From Vicugna vicugna (Eukaryota): DNA of 64,000 nt. Below the pieces are notes generated by a model. The model was given only the letters and a program-made list of their open reading frames with translations, did not search any database and had not been told where the DNA came from. Positions 14,748 through 27,406 of the stretch are shown here, in pieces (within the stretch, counting starts at the first letter, position 1; every line of letters starts with the position of its first letter). The stretch lies in contig MU058337.1 in assembly GCA_013265495.1 (NCBI GenBank), positions 5,374,716 through 5,438,715 of the forward strand, read 5' to 3'. Position numbers and translations under genes: made by a program.

Positions 14748-15619
14748 TAATTCAATTACTCTTAGTTTAATAATAATGATTGACATCTAAGTAATTGCAC
14801 TTTCACAGTGGTTTTAAAATATGGTCATATTTTTGATAATTTGGAGTAATTCGGTTTTCATATTCACAGTGGTCTCTTCTGCAGAATGTCTGCAGGTGTT
14901 TGAGCACATTTTCAGCCTTGTCAGATGATGTGTCAATTCTGAACTTCTGGAAATAATCTGATAGAATAAGATGCAGAAACCAGTAAAGATGGAAGCTAGG
15001 GTTCTTAGCGCTTATAAATGAAGATATAGTGAAATTTTCAAGTTAGTAATTTAAAACTGTTTTAAGTTTGCTTTTTTGTGTTTGTGAGAGGTAACCTTTT
15101 AAATCTGTCCTACAGTTCATATACTTTTGGGTCAGGCATAATCTAGAAGGAAAGTTAAGTTTTCAATATGATAAATTTCATAAACTCTTCATATTTGAAG
15201 TATCTTTAAAAGATCATCAAGTTCATATCTCTGTATTCTTGTTAGAATTCACTTAGGCTAAAAAGAAAGTTAAAAATCAATCAATCCGTAAAGAGAATTT
15301 ATGTAGAAAATACAGCCCCTAATCAGAAGGCTCCTGAAATTTAACTCCATGTGGATTTAGACACATGAAAAGAATATAATGACCAAGACAAAGATATATT
15401 TATATTCACCGTAAGCTGAAAAATAGTAAGGCCTATTATCGTGAAGAATAGTCTTGGGGTAAGAGCAATATATAATATATTTAAAGAAAAAGAAAAGCTT
15501 TGAGGGCAAAGGGGTCTGTAATGTAACAGATAGACTAATATAGCCCAGGTTATTTTTTAATCTTAACAGATCTTAATATACTCTGGGTTATTACTTTTCT
15601 TAATCTTATTCTAAATTTG

Positions 15620-16100
15620 TGACTTATTGCCAAGCTTTTGTTGAGCATCTGTCAAAAGCCAGGTAATCTTGGTGATCCTGAGACATAAACACAATTAAGT
15701 TCCCAGTTTTCAAGAATTCGCAGTTGAGAGGGTAACCAGTAAGTAAACATAAAGCATGATGGGCTTTAATAAAGGCAAATGCAAGGTGTTCTGGGACCCC
15801 AGAGGTGGGGTCTATAACCAGGAATGGAAAAACCCAGGAAGGCTTCTTGGAACAAGAGGTTGGTGAAGACCAGCTGGACGGAGCCAGGCGAAGTGCAGAG
15901 AACATGGGAACAGCATGTGCTGAAGGTCTGAACTGAGCCGTGTCTTGTTCCAGAACTTAAAGGAGAAAGATTAGTTGAGGGCTAGAGGACATAAAGCCAA
16001 GGAACTTTTAAATTGGTGAAAGCGTGATGGGGATTAAATGCCGACTGGAGAGAGAGCAAACAGAGTGCAGTGAAGATGTGTGAGCCAAAGAGGGCGGCAG
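15620..16100 (-). mobile_element. L2 LINE 3' remnant
   Basis: tttgttgagcatctg...ccaggaaggcttcttgga...gggaacagcatgtgctgaagg are typical reverse-strand L2 3' motifs. Confidence 0.65.
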
Positions 16101-16345
16101 CGGAAGGTTCCCCAAGGCTGCAGGCAGGGCGCTGGCGGCGGGACTGGCCTTAGGCCGGTTTTGAGCTGTCAGGTGACGAGGTGGTCTTGTAGGACGACAA
16201 GCCAAACCGAAATTCCCAGGGAGCCTTGGCTGACTGACCGGCACCGCGCAGGCAACGGGCAGGAGCAGGCGCCGCCGCCGCTCAGCGTCTGGCCCGGCAG
16301 CACCGGTGAGCGGCAGGTGGATCAGCCCGCCAGGCGGGGAGGGAG
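16090..16345. promoter_or_regulatory. Small intronic CpG-rich island
   Basis: About 23 CpGs in about 260 bp by manual count, including a (GCC)n run and GC-box-like ggcgggga, against a CpG-poor background. Confidence 0.5.
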
Positions 16346-17022
16346 GGATCCTTGAACAAAGTTCCCACCCTTTTATGGACCAGGGAAGGGATGCGGGCTG
16401 ACTGGAGGAAGAGCTAGGAGTGAAGGAGGACTGAGTCAGAATGGAGAAAAGTGTCCCAGCTGAACCCCACCCCACCCCATTATGAGGAGCCCTCAGAGTA
16501 GAGGCACCTGGGACAGAGATGCAACTGTGCACGTGAGCTTGGTGACAGGGGGCCTGTGTCTTTCCTGAAACTCCCTCCAGAGACTGCAGTGCCCGGCTGT
16601 GCCCCGGAACCGTGTGGGGAGGGCAGCTCCTTCCCCTTGAGCCTGCCAGGCAGAGCCTTGTCATTGCCCATGGTGAGGCCACTTGGGACTGGCCTGGAGC
16701 CAGACTCCTCCACAGGAGGGCCAGCTCTTCCTCCCGGGATAGAGGGATGCAAGCAAAGATGATGACAGTGGCGTCACCGAGGCCACCTTCTCTTAGTCTG
16801 CCCCTCACTGCCCCCTCACTGGGTTAAACACAAAGAACAGACCTCTGTCCTTGTTGGTGTCACTGTCCATCTCTCAGGCCAGTTTAATTCAGCACCCACT
16901 ACGGCTCAGCCGCTGTTCCAGTACTAAAAGGAAACAGCCCTCAGTTCCCTTCTTTATTTATACAGTCTTATCTTAATTGCATATTCATTTTTTATCTTTT
17001 CCCCTCGTCTCACCTCACCGAT

Positions 17023-17328
17023 TTTATATCCCTTACCCACAACCTCTTTGAGCCAGATGATGTTTGGAGTTCAGAATAGTCCAGATATTATAAGGGTGCT
17101 AACAGCCTCCGGAGTTGTCTGAATCAGTACCCTGTAACCAGAACTTTATTTCTGTAGCGAAACATTAACCTTCAGACAAAGAAGGATAAATAAGATAATA
17201 AGTAAGTCTTAAGTCAGATCCGACGTTTGCCACCAAATGATCCCAACAGAACAAAACAAAACACAACGTCTTTTGGTATTTTGAATATTTTTTGAATATT
17301 GAAGTGGCAAATAAGGGCTATGGGCCTG
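17023..17328 (-). mobile_element. MER46C-like (TcMar-Tigger) DNA transposon relic
   Basis: The ends tatcccttacccac... and ...aaataagggctatgggcctg are degenerate inverted repeats of the CAGG...ATCCCTTATCC type. Confidence 0.55.
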
Positions 17329-20300
17329 CATATAAAAGCTTCGTGGATCAAAGTCTACACTTTCTGCTCCATCACTTTTTGGGTATATGACACTGAACAC
17401 ATTATTCTTTAAGCTTTTACTTTTTCACATCTAAAATATAGGTGAACACAGAATTTTCCTCATAGCATTGTGTGTATTGAATAATATACAAAAATAACCC
17501 AACTCTGGGCTTAGTAGGCATTAAAAAAGTGATATCCTATATAATATATGTGAAGTTGGCATATTAGCCTCTCCGTCAAAGACAAGGCTGCTTTAGACGC
17601 AGCCCCGCCTTAGCCCCTTGAGATTTGTTCTAATTTTCCAGCCACAATAGTAATCAAGTAGCATTGCATTTTCAGATCTCCAGTTACTCGGTTGTGCTTT
17701 TCCGCCTGATTGCTTTGACCATCTTAATGAAAGCAGCCAGCGACTGGGGGGCCCCTAATCAGTGGCTGAGCAGCTGACAGCGTTGACAGCCTAGACCCTG
17801 GAAGTGACTAGAAGGTGTAGATTTCTCCTTGCACATGAGTGCAACTGAGGGTTAAAGCCGTGGAAAATAACCACATTTTGCAAGAAATGCTAAAAATATT
17901 ACAATTACAAAAAATAGTCGTTATCATTCCCAGTCAAATAAAGCACCATCAGTTGAGGGCACTTCCTGGAGAGAAAATCAGCATCGGGAAGGATGGTTAA
18001 AAACACGGGACAGCCAATGTCCAATTTCCCGGGGTCTTGCTGCCTCCCTTTCTCAGGCGACATCCCTCTCGGTACCCAGTGGCTGGGTGCTGAGGTAGGT
18101 TGGCTGAGTATGCTATTGACCAAAGCACAGCACATTGAGGGAACAGGTTTTTCTACAAGAAAAAAAAAAAATCATGTAATACATCCCAGCGTAAAATCAG
18201 AACTTTTTAAAATCAGCGATTGTTTGTATCCTCTTTACTTGACTCCAAGCCACCGTGGAGGCCGGCCGCCCCCAGCCTGCGCAGGGCCGTGGGATGCAGG
18301 GAAGTAACCGTGGGAGCACGTGGGAGGCTTGAGAGAGGACTGGTCATGAGGAAAGGAGGAGCCCGCGTGGCGAAGGGACTCAGCATTTGTGCCCCGGAAA
18401 TTGTTACCCTGGCTGTTTCTGGAACACGATCTTGACCCAGCTGTCCAGGGGGCGTGGTCTCTCGAGGGGATAGGATGTAAAACCAAGCACTGGTTTGATT
18501 GGCCCTGACTGTATCCTGGGCCCCAGCAGCCCACTGTGAAACCCCTCTGAGGGGAGATGACATGGACCCGGGAAGATGGTTTCCTTCCCAAATCCCAAGA
18601 AGAGAACGCTGGAAGGGCAGAGGGACATTGAAGACATTAGCATCCCGGGCTGCTGAGTGACTACCTGGTGTGTGGACCCCACCCTGAAGGACCCCAGGGG
18701 CTTCCTGAGACAGCAGAAGCTGAAGGGACCCCTACTTGTGTCTTTCCACCGGCTCTCCGGGAGGTCTCGCTGCCTCATTCGGCCACACTGCAGCCCATTC
18801 TCCATTTGCAGTAAAACAGACCCTTCTAAGATGTAAAATGTCTCATGACACGCTCCTGTTTATCTTTTCCCTCAAGGTAACAAACAGTTTTAATTGGTTT
18901 TTCAGTATCATTTTTATCTCTGGCTCCATTTACCTCTTTGGGCTCGTATTTCAGGGTTTCCCTACACACACCTTTCAAAGGCAGAGGTGGCCATCTGTCT
19001 TGCTCATTCAGTCCTCCTTGTCTAGCACAATCCTTGCCACAGGGTAGCTAGTGAATAGGTGTTTGAATGAAGAGTGGATAACAATACTGGACCAAAACAA
19101 ACCTCTGTATCAGGCTTGGGGTACCAGAGCCCCCCTTCCACTGTTGCCCAGGGCTCCAGGACCTCCATCAGCCCTCATCACTGCCTTACCCTTTCCCATC
19201 AGCATGCCTGCAGGGTCTTATCCTCTTACCAGACTGCGAGCATCTTGAGGTTGGCAGCCCTGTGCTCTCCTCTCCTGACGCCTCCCAAAGCACGTAGCAC
19301 TGTGCCAGGGGGGTCTGTAGCATCAGAAAGTAGAGACAGGGAGGAGACAGCCAGCGGAGCCTCAGCGTAAATCCCATGAGGTGGACAAGAAGAGTTTGAA
19401 GTGTTTTCAGTGGGGAAACAAAGAATGGCATACTGATACAATTTAATAAAACAGCTTTGTCATCACAAGCCAATAACTTTCTCTTGTAATTTGGACCAGA
19501 CGCACTGCTAAGTAGAAATAACAAGTAGGCTCAAATCCTGCTGGCAGGAGGCATCCCGCCGCCGTCCCTGTTTTGTTGGGACTAATAGGTTATATTATGA
19601 GGAGAACAATTAGATAAGCTTTTCATGATGGAACAGCCCCTACAGGTCGTAAGACAGGTTAGTGTAGGCAAGAGCCACCTGTCTTTCTGTAACAAAGGCA
19701 GAAACAAATTGCATTTTCTCAGGGTTGCCTGGCAAAAGCTTACGTGCACAGTTTCACTTCAGTCTTGTTCTGTTTATGCCTCCGCTTAGTATCCAGAGTA
19801 ACTTTCGTCTGCATTACTAAAATGCATGCAGTAAACATCCGCTGTAGATCTTTAACCAGCTCAATATCTTCGTTTCTTTTAATTTCCTACTCATATGATA
19901 ATAAACAGGCCTCATTTGTTTTGTATACGTACAAATGGGGATGGTTTTTATTCGTAAGTAATAATACACTACCATCCCTAACACAAAGTACTTGAAGTTT
20001 AATATTATTTATTTGATATAGGTTTTCTTAATTTGCATCCTCTAAATGCTCATTACTTTCTCTATTGAATTTTCACTTATAAAATCATGTCCAAAGCAGT
20101 TATACAATATAAGCAGTCAATGCTATAAACACTTAATTACAAATTAATTTCCCTGCTTCCTCTCCCCACCAGAATGGCTAATCATGCTTCGAGTTGCATT
20201 GAAAGAAGTACTGAGAAATTTGAAGAAACAACTTGTTCCTTAATTTCTTTCAGTATTTGCCAGATGTAGTTAGAGAGTTTGACTACATTTTTTAATAAAT

Positions 20301-20435
20301 GCAGGGTTCATTTTATCTTCAAAAGAATAATTAGTTCAATTCATATTGCTGAAATCTTTATTAACTTTTAGTGTTTTATCTTCCATGTGTTTAAATCTTT
20401 TATGACACTTCACAATTTATTTTCCCATTTTCCTG

Positions 20436-21019
20436 TATGGTAGGTGAATTCTTAGATGGGCCACCAGGATATCTGACCCTCTGCAGAATCTCTGCTCCTT
20501 GGGTTTGGACAGGACTTGTGAATACAATAGTATTTCATTCCTGTGAGTAGATTGCTAATGAGGGAACTGGAGTCAGTCAAAAAGGAAGTTATCCTCGGGT
20601 GGGCCTGACCTAATCAGAGGGGCTGGGCCTTTTCTGAACAGAGAGATTCAAAGCAAGAGAGAGAGGGTTTCCTGTTGGCTTTGAAGAAGTAAGCTGCCAT
20701 ACTGAGAAGGGCCATGTGGCTAGGACGTGAGGGTGGCTTCTGGGGGCTGTAAGCATCCCCCAGTGGACAGCTATCAAGAAACCAGGACCCTCAGTCCTAC
20801 ATCCACAGGAACTGAATTCTGATAACAACCTGAATGCGAGTAGGAGACCCCAAGCTCCAGATGAGATGGCAGCCCAGCCTATACCTTGATTTCAGCCTCT
20901 GAGACCCTGAGCAGAGAACCCGATTCTGCCATGCCCACAACTCTTAGCTACAGAAACCGGAAGATAATCGATGAGTGTTGTTTTGGTCATCTGTTACATA
21001 GAAGTAGAAGACTAATGCA
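20436..21019 (+). mobile_element. MaLR solo LTR (MLT1E-like)
   Basis: Starts tatggtaggtgaattcttagatgg and ends gaagactaatgca. Internal ggtgggcctgacctaatca, gaactgaattct and ccttgatttcagcctctgagaccctgagcagagaacc are MLT1 hallmarks. Confidence 0.85.
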
Positions 21020-21980
21020 CGCAGGTTTGGGATGTTTGTTTCTAATATTTTGTGCCTCCAAATAGTGCTGCTCTGAACATTACACATTATTTTGTGTGTG
21101 TGTGAATTCTGCACATGTGAAAATATGTTTAAGGTGTGTAGCTAATAATGAAATTGCTGGGTCTTAGAGTAAAAATATCTTTAACTTTAATAGTGATAAA
21201 CTTGCGTTCTTAAGTTCTTTTTCCCATTTATCTGCTGTCAGCAGTACATGAGGAGCATGTTCTCTGCGTCAGCACTCAGCAGCATTTGGTCTTGTCAGGC
21301 TTTGTTTTGCTTTAAACATTCAGCTCTTCATTTAACCTGAACTGATTTGTGCGGCTGCTGTGAGACGGGGAGCAGTCTCGTTCCCGTTTGTGTGACCCCG
21401 CATCACAGCACCATTTACTGACTAGCCATCCCTTCCCCACGGTTCCGCAGCACCAGTTCTATCGCAATGTGATTCCATGTGCGTGTGCCCAGGTCAGGTC
21501 ACACAGGCGCCCTTTCCATCTCCTTTTGCCATTGAATTTTCTTCCTGGCCAGCCTCCAGTGAAACCCAATAAATATCCAGCTTTACTCAAGTATCTCACT
21601 TAGCAATCTCCACCTTTCAGGGGTCCTTGACTTTGCCCCTTGTGTGGGTGGCACAACATTAAAAGCTGAAGTCTAGCAGAGCTTGTAAGTCCCCCGGGGA
21701 AGGTGCCTTTTCCTGACTCAAGCTGCCTGTTCATTTTTGGTGTTGGCATTTCCCTTTGTACTCCTGGGAGATTAACTAGGCCTTCTAAAGTGTTTGTTGC
21801 ATCTTTGTCCAGAATTTCCTGTGGTTTTTAAATCATTTTTTCTCATGTATGATCGGACACTGAGGTTCAGTAATAAATTTTTGAGGCCCGCTCCCCCGCA
21901 AAAAAGAAAGAAGAAAACCACTTTGTTAACTATCTTTCAGGTAGATAGGTTTATTTTTTCCTATGGGCACAACCCGAAGC
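21020..21980 (-). mobile_element. Old L1M ORF2 remnant (reverse), locally GC-enriched
   Basis: aatgaaattgctgggtc and cagcaccatttactga are reverse L1 ORF2 motifs. Boundaries approximate. Confidence 0.55.
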
Positions 21981-24803
21981 CAGGCATCCGGCATCTACCT
22001 TCACCGTCTGCAGCCTCACATCTCTCTGCATTTGTTTGCATTAGATATTATCTCCACTTTGATTCTTATTCCCTCAGATTTATGCTCCCCTCATCTGCTA
22101 CACCACTGAAAGCCATCTCCCACAAATATCGGATACGTCCATTCACAATGAAGGCAAAATAGATCATGTGCCTGTTCTGTCGTTGTGTGTAATTCAGACA
22201 ACGTGCTCTATGTGAAGGAGCTGTGCGGTGCCCACACGAACAAACGTGCCAGCTTTCGCTGACAGCGTATTTGAGAACATAAGGATGAACTCAGCTTATC
22301 CCATAGGAGACACGTAAGAAAGAACTCAAGACAGAAGGTGAAATGTGTTCCAATAGATGTATTGGGCATAAATATCAAAGATATCCTGGAGTTACCTCGT
22401 TTGTGCTAAGCATTGTGCTTCCAGATACCGTTTCCTGTTAGCAAGAGAGGAAGAGATTGCTTCCAGGGAAGGCAGTCTGCAGGGCTTTATGAACTGTGGC
22501 CGTCAGGGGTTGAGCTGAGGATTTGGGGAGCAGCCTCAGGTGGGAGTTCCCCACGTGAGGAAGACAGAATGAGTACATCAGAGATGTGGGGGGTCAGGGC
22601 AGGAGGGACAGACGGAGGGGCTGCACGGTCGGGCCGGAGCCGGACATCAAGTGTCTTCAGAAGTTGGGACTGAGTCGCGGGGGAGCCTTTGAAGGTGTTG
22701 ACTCTTCCTCTGGTATGTTTCCTGGAGAAGAGTCCAAGAGCTATTTTGAGGAAGTTTACACTGAAAGAAATGTTGTTTCTCTGAGGAGCCATTTTCATTG
22801 AACAAGACTCATTTTTATTGACCAAAGGCAAAAAGTTACAATCAGTTGACGCATTTCCAGCAACTTCAGGGTAGTAGAGAAGGTAATTTCTTGTTTTTCC
22901 TGTGTGGCCCTTATTGTGTCAGGACTTCTTGTGAAGTCAGGCCCTTCCGAGGCTTTAAGCCAAACTGTCATCTGTGCCTGGACGTGGTTCTGCAATAGAA
23001 ACTAGCAATTTGGTTTAGATTTTAAAGTAAAGCAATGATACAGCTTAATGTAATCACCTTCCCCCCAAAAAAACCTGTAAAATTAACTCTATTTCCTTTC
23101 CCTGATAGCATCTGAAATTTTTTTTTTGCTTCTATTTGAATTTATTTCTGTGGTGATTCATCAGTGGCACAGTGATAGAAGACTCCCCTGTGCTTTTCCA
23201 CTTGGAGGGTGACTCCAATGCAGCATGAATCACACGGCGATGGCCACGTTTTCCTGTGTGTTGATATCATCAACCACTGAACTGCAACGGTCAAGGAATT
23301 ATTACCTGCCTTGACTAATGATTCGGGAATTACTACATCCCTTGAATAAAGCATCCTTCTGTTCCTACCTCTGATCCCAGAAGTGTACTTTTTGGGGGAG
23401 AACCTTTTTTTAACACCCCATCATATTTTGGTAGTTTTCTACCAATCATCTGATTTGCAGTTTTCCAACTAGCAGTTGCCCTGTTACATTTATATGATTT
23501 TAATAATCAATCTACTCCATTGCACCAACTTCACAAGTAAGAGAGAGTCGTTAATGAGGAATATTTATGTGTCTCCTTCACTTAAGATGAGCTTCAGTGA
23601 GCATATTTTCACTGATGAAAAGGTGACTATATTTTAAATACTTTGTTGAGTCTTGCCTACAAAAAAATTACAATCTATAGTCAGACATCTTAACTATCCT
23701 CTCATGGTTACATACAATTCCCCATCAGTAAAAACAGAACAATATTAAATGTTTTAAAGGATTATTAGGAGGGTTAAAGAATATAATATATGCAAATGCA
23801 TTAACACTGTGTTGACAATGTAACAGGGAGTCAACAAGTAGTATCAGCTTGTGTTGTTCTTAAATGGTGTGGAAATCCAGCATCCTAGTATGAAGCACTG
23901 AATTCCTAGCAATAATGACATGGCCCAACATAAAAGGGACCCTTGGTTAATGGGGCATTGACTGGGTAGTGAGTACTCAGTTTTCTGTATCGCACTGAAA
24001 GTTGGAAACTCAGCCCCTGTTCTGGATAGACTATTCTTTTTTGTCATCCCTTTGCAACTTTCAACAACAATGCAAAAAGTAAAAAATTATATTACAGAGA
24101 CGTAAGATTACTGCCAGAATCTAAAATAGCTTATCATTTGCTCTTCCACATCTGGGACTAAACACAGGACAATTTGATGAGTGATGTATAGATTCCTTCT
24201 TTCCCCACTGCCTACCTCTGCAGAGGACTCTCTCAAGCCTTCTCACATGTTTTTTCTATGAATCAGTGTCAGCACCTGAATATCCAGGAAACATGACGGG
24301 ATAAGGTATATGTGTGCATGTGAGTGAGCAGCATGTAGGTGACAACATGTGCGTGCAGACGGGGCGTGAAGAGGCGAAGGGAAGCTGTACCAGGCAAGCG
24401 CAAGTGGATGGCTTGCATCCTATAATCATCGTGCAGCGCAAAAGGGGAAAACCAGTCCAGGTGGGGACTAGATATAGAAAGAACCCTGGTAGCTGGTCAG
24501 GCTTAGGTCTGTAGTATCACTTCTATTGTTTCTGTTGTTATTTTAGTTTTCTGTGTGCCATTCATTGAATTCAGAATCCCAGGAAAAAACAGTGAGCCAA
24601 GGACAGAAATCTCACCTCAATCCAACAGAAATATATGCTGGATACATTTCCTCAAGAAAAAGTCTAGAAATTTGACAATAAAGTGTGCATATTATTATGA
24701 ATGACCAAAAAGAGAATTCTACCAGCAGTGTAGGCAAATGTCACACTTCCTGTCTCCTTGGAAAAGCCCTGTCATTTCAGGTTGATTGAAAAAAGGAAGT
24801 AAA

Positions 24804-24947
24804 GGGCGGGAGGGTACAGCTCAGTGGTAGAGCGCGTGTTTAGCATGCACAAGGTTCTGGGTTTAATCCCCAGTACCTCCATTAAAATAAATAAAAATGT
24901 AGTTACCTCTCCCTGCCCAAACATAAAATTTTTTTTAATTGTTTAAA
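24804..24947 (+). mobile_element. tRNA-derived SINE resembling the camelid Vic-1 family, with perfect 16-bp TSD
   Basis: Head gggagggtacagctcagtggtagagcgc (A-box) ... gggtttaatccccagtacctcc (B-box-like), followed by an A-rich tail. The TSD GAAAAAAGGAAGTAAA is at 24788-24803 and 24948-24963. Confidence 0.9.
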
Positions 24948-26077
24948 GAAAAAAGGAAGTAAAACCAATAGGAGGATTATGGAAAGGTACACCAAACAAA
25001 AAAAGAGGGAAGGGGATACTACTGTCTTTGAGCCTGAGGAAGGATGCATTTCTGCAGTATTCAACTAGATAAAAATCATTAAAGTAGTCTTAAATTGCTG
25101 CCAGCTTAACAGTACATGAAAAGACATGTTTATTCTATTTTGCCTTATTCCAAAAAGAATATAATGTATCCAACAAGAATTACAGCCCGGTCAAATAAAT
25201 TTAAGCAAGACTTAAAGACATTAATCTAAAGGAAGACAAAATCAAAATTAGAGTGAAAACAAAAACGAAACCCAAACCACGAAACTTCACCATGAGGACA
25301 TCCGTGTTTCCTGGAGCAAAGATACACCTGAATAGATAGACAAACAGTAGTTATGAGGTTAAAACAAACTAGTTCCTAGAGAAGCATAGTTATCTTTGGT
25401 TAAGTCTAGGATGACATTTCCCCAGAGGTCATTATTATTAATGGTAATAATTACTGTATTTGAGAACTTTTTACATGTGAGGCCCTTCTAACAAGAACTT
25501 TTTATACATAGTTATAGGAAGAAAGAGGTACACCTATACACACACAGATATCCACATATTTCTAATGTAATCCCCCCAAACTACCCTATTAAGGAAGTAT
25601 TTCCCCCACATTCTAGGTGTGATAAAACAAAAAGCAGTGAGGAGTATCGTCACGAATTGGTGAGAACCAACAAGAAAATGTATAAGGCGACAGTAATTAA
25701 AAGGGTGTGATTTAGGGTTAACATACCCATACATAAATGGGTAAACAGATACATTCACTGAAAAAATGTCTGACAAAGAAAGTAGCACAATGGATGATTT
25801 TTCCCCAGTTTTATTATGTAGAATTATTACGGTCCAACTGCACATGCACATTATATTGCATGTAAATACACATATACAGTATACTGACCATTTTTTTAGT
25901 TTTCATATATGTACTAATTGTTGTTTCTAAGAACAGATTAGATCTTTAGCTTTTTAAACTTACATAGTTATCAAAGGAATAAAGACAACTACAAAATAAG
26001 AATCAACAGAATGCGGTAATCCCATTCATAAAGGACAGTCAAGTGTGCTCACACACATTCAAGAAATCAGAATAATA

Positions 26078-26315
26078 ATTAGTTCATTTGTGTCCTTATT
26101 CTTATTGTTATTTTTTAGATTCGTCATATAAATAATGTCATATGGCATTTTTCTTTCTTTTTCCGGCCCACTTCACTTTGAATGACAGTCTTCAGGTCCA
26201 TCCATATTGATGCAAATGGCATTATTTTATTCTTTGTATGGCTGAGTAGTGTTCCATTGTATGTAAGTACCACATCTTCTTTATCCAGTCATCTGTTGAT
26301 GGATGCTTGGGTTGT
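26078..26315 (-). mobile_element. Younger LINE-1 fragment (ORF2 end / start of 3' UTR), reverse strand, joined to non-L1 sequence on its 3' side
   Basis: agttcatttgtgtcc...tagattc...cacttcac...gcaaatggcattattttattc...ggctgagtagtgttccattgt...ctttatccagtcatctgttgatgga is the reverse complement of motifs in the L1 copies at about 8.0 kb and 60.5 kb. Confidence 0.85.
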
Positions 26316-27379
26316 TGATTAAAAGAGTAATTATTGTCAAAGAAGTCATGTTGGGAATATCAAACCCCCCCCCAATACTGTGTATCAAATGTTTGAAGTT
26401 TGAAAATGTAGAAAGCAAAGAAAATACCATCTTTCATCTTGGACGGTCAGGGACTTTGTAGGCCTAAAGGAAGGATCAGTTTGAATTTTCAAACAAGTCA
26501 GAAATAACCACCGTAAGTAATTTTTAAAAACAAAGAAACACATGAAGGTACAACCTTAATCTGTAATACGTGTCAGTAAGAACATGTCAAATGGACAAGG
26601 TGTGTGCATTAATGTGGTTTTTGGTTGATGTGGTGCTGAGTGCCAGCTCGTGGTGCACGCGGCTCTGAACGTTTGTGTAACTTTTCTGTCAATCAGTGTT
26701 TCATATCAAGATGCTAAAAAGCCTTTTGACTCTTTGATCTAGTAAGTGTGTTTCTAGAAATCTACCCCAAGAGAATATCTTCAAAAAAATACTCTTTGTA
26801 GCATTATTTACTATTGTGAAAAATTTTAAACAATTTTAATATCCAGTCATAATAGAATGTCTAAGTAAACTTTGAATATGGTGGCATATTATACAATTAC
26901 TCAGAACTATATTTTAACAGAATAATGAGGTAAGTCATGAGTGACATAAATGGTGATGACCAAAAATTAGGCAAAAAGACTAATGCAACATTGTATTTGC
27001 AGTTGCATTCAATTTTGTTTCCAGTATATGTAAATCCCTAGGGAAAAAATAGCTAGTAGAGTTTTCAAATTCTAAGACTAATTTTAAGAAATATATACAA
27101 CATTTTGTTTGAATTGTAAGTAAGTTTTTTATTCTCTATGCCTTTAGTATTTACAAACTTTGTACAGTGAATGGCTTCTTGGTTTAAGAAAACAGGGATA
27201 GGGAGGTAGGTAGGTAAATAGATTTAAAACCTTAATTTATAATTACACATCAGTAAGAAAAAACAATTATCTCATTGTTTTAAAATCACAGGGACATTAA
27301 CCGGTAAAATTTTAAATGAAGAAAAATTTAGATTTACATATAGATACAGATGTATAGATAATATATCCATAGAGGGAGT

Positions 27380-27406
27380 ACACACACACACACACACACA
27401 CACACA
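27380..27406 (+). repeat. (AC)n microsatellite
   Basis: About 13 perfect CA units. Confidence 0.95.

Noticed and set aside
16008..16808. 266-aa minus-strand ORF, the longest in the track
   Set aside because: It lies in a GC-rich, stop-poor patch overlapping an L2 remnant. The Pro/Ala/Ser-rich peptide has no recognisable domain, so it is likely a chance ORF.
23150..23320. Short inverted repeats (gtgattcat/atgaatcac; gtcaagg/ccttgac)
   Set aside because: Stems of 7-9 bp are expected by chance in 64 kb, and there is no miRNA- or snoRNA-like structure.
24810..24882. tRNA-like sequence
   Set aside because: It is the head of a SINE (TSD, A-rich tail, degenerate T-arm), not a functional tRNA gene.
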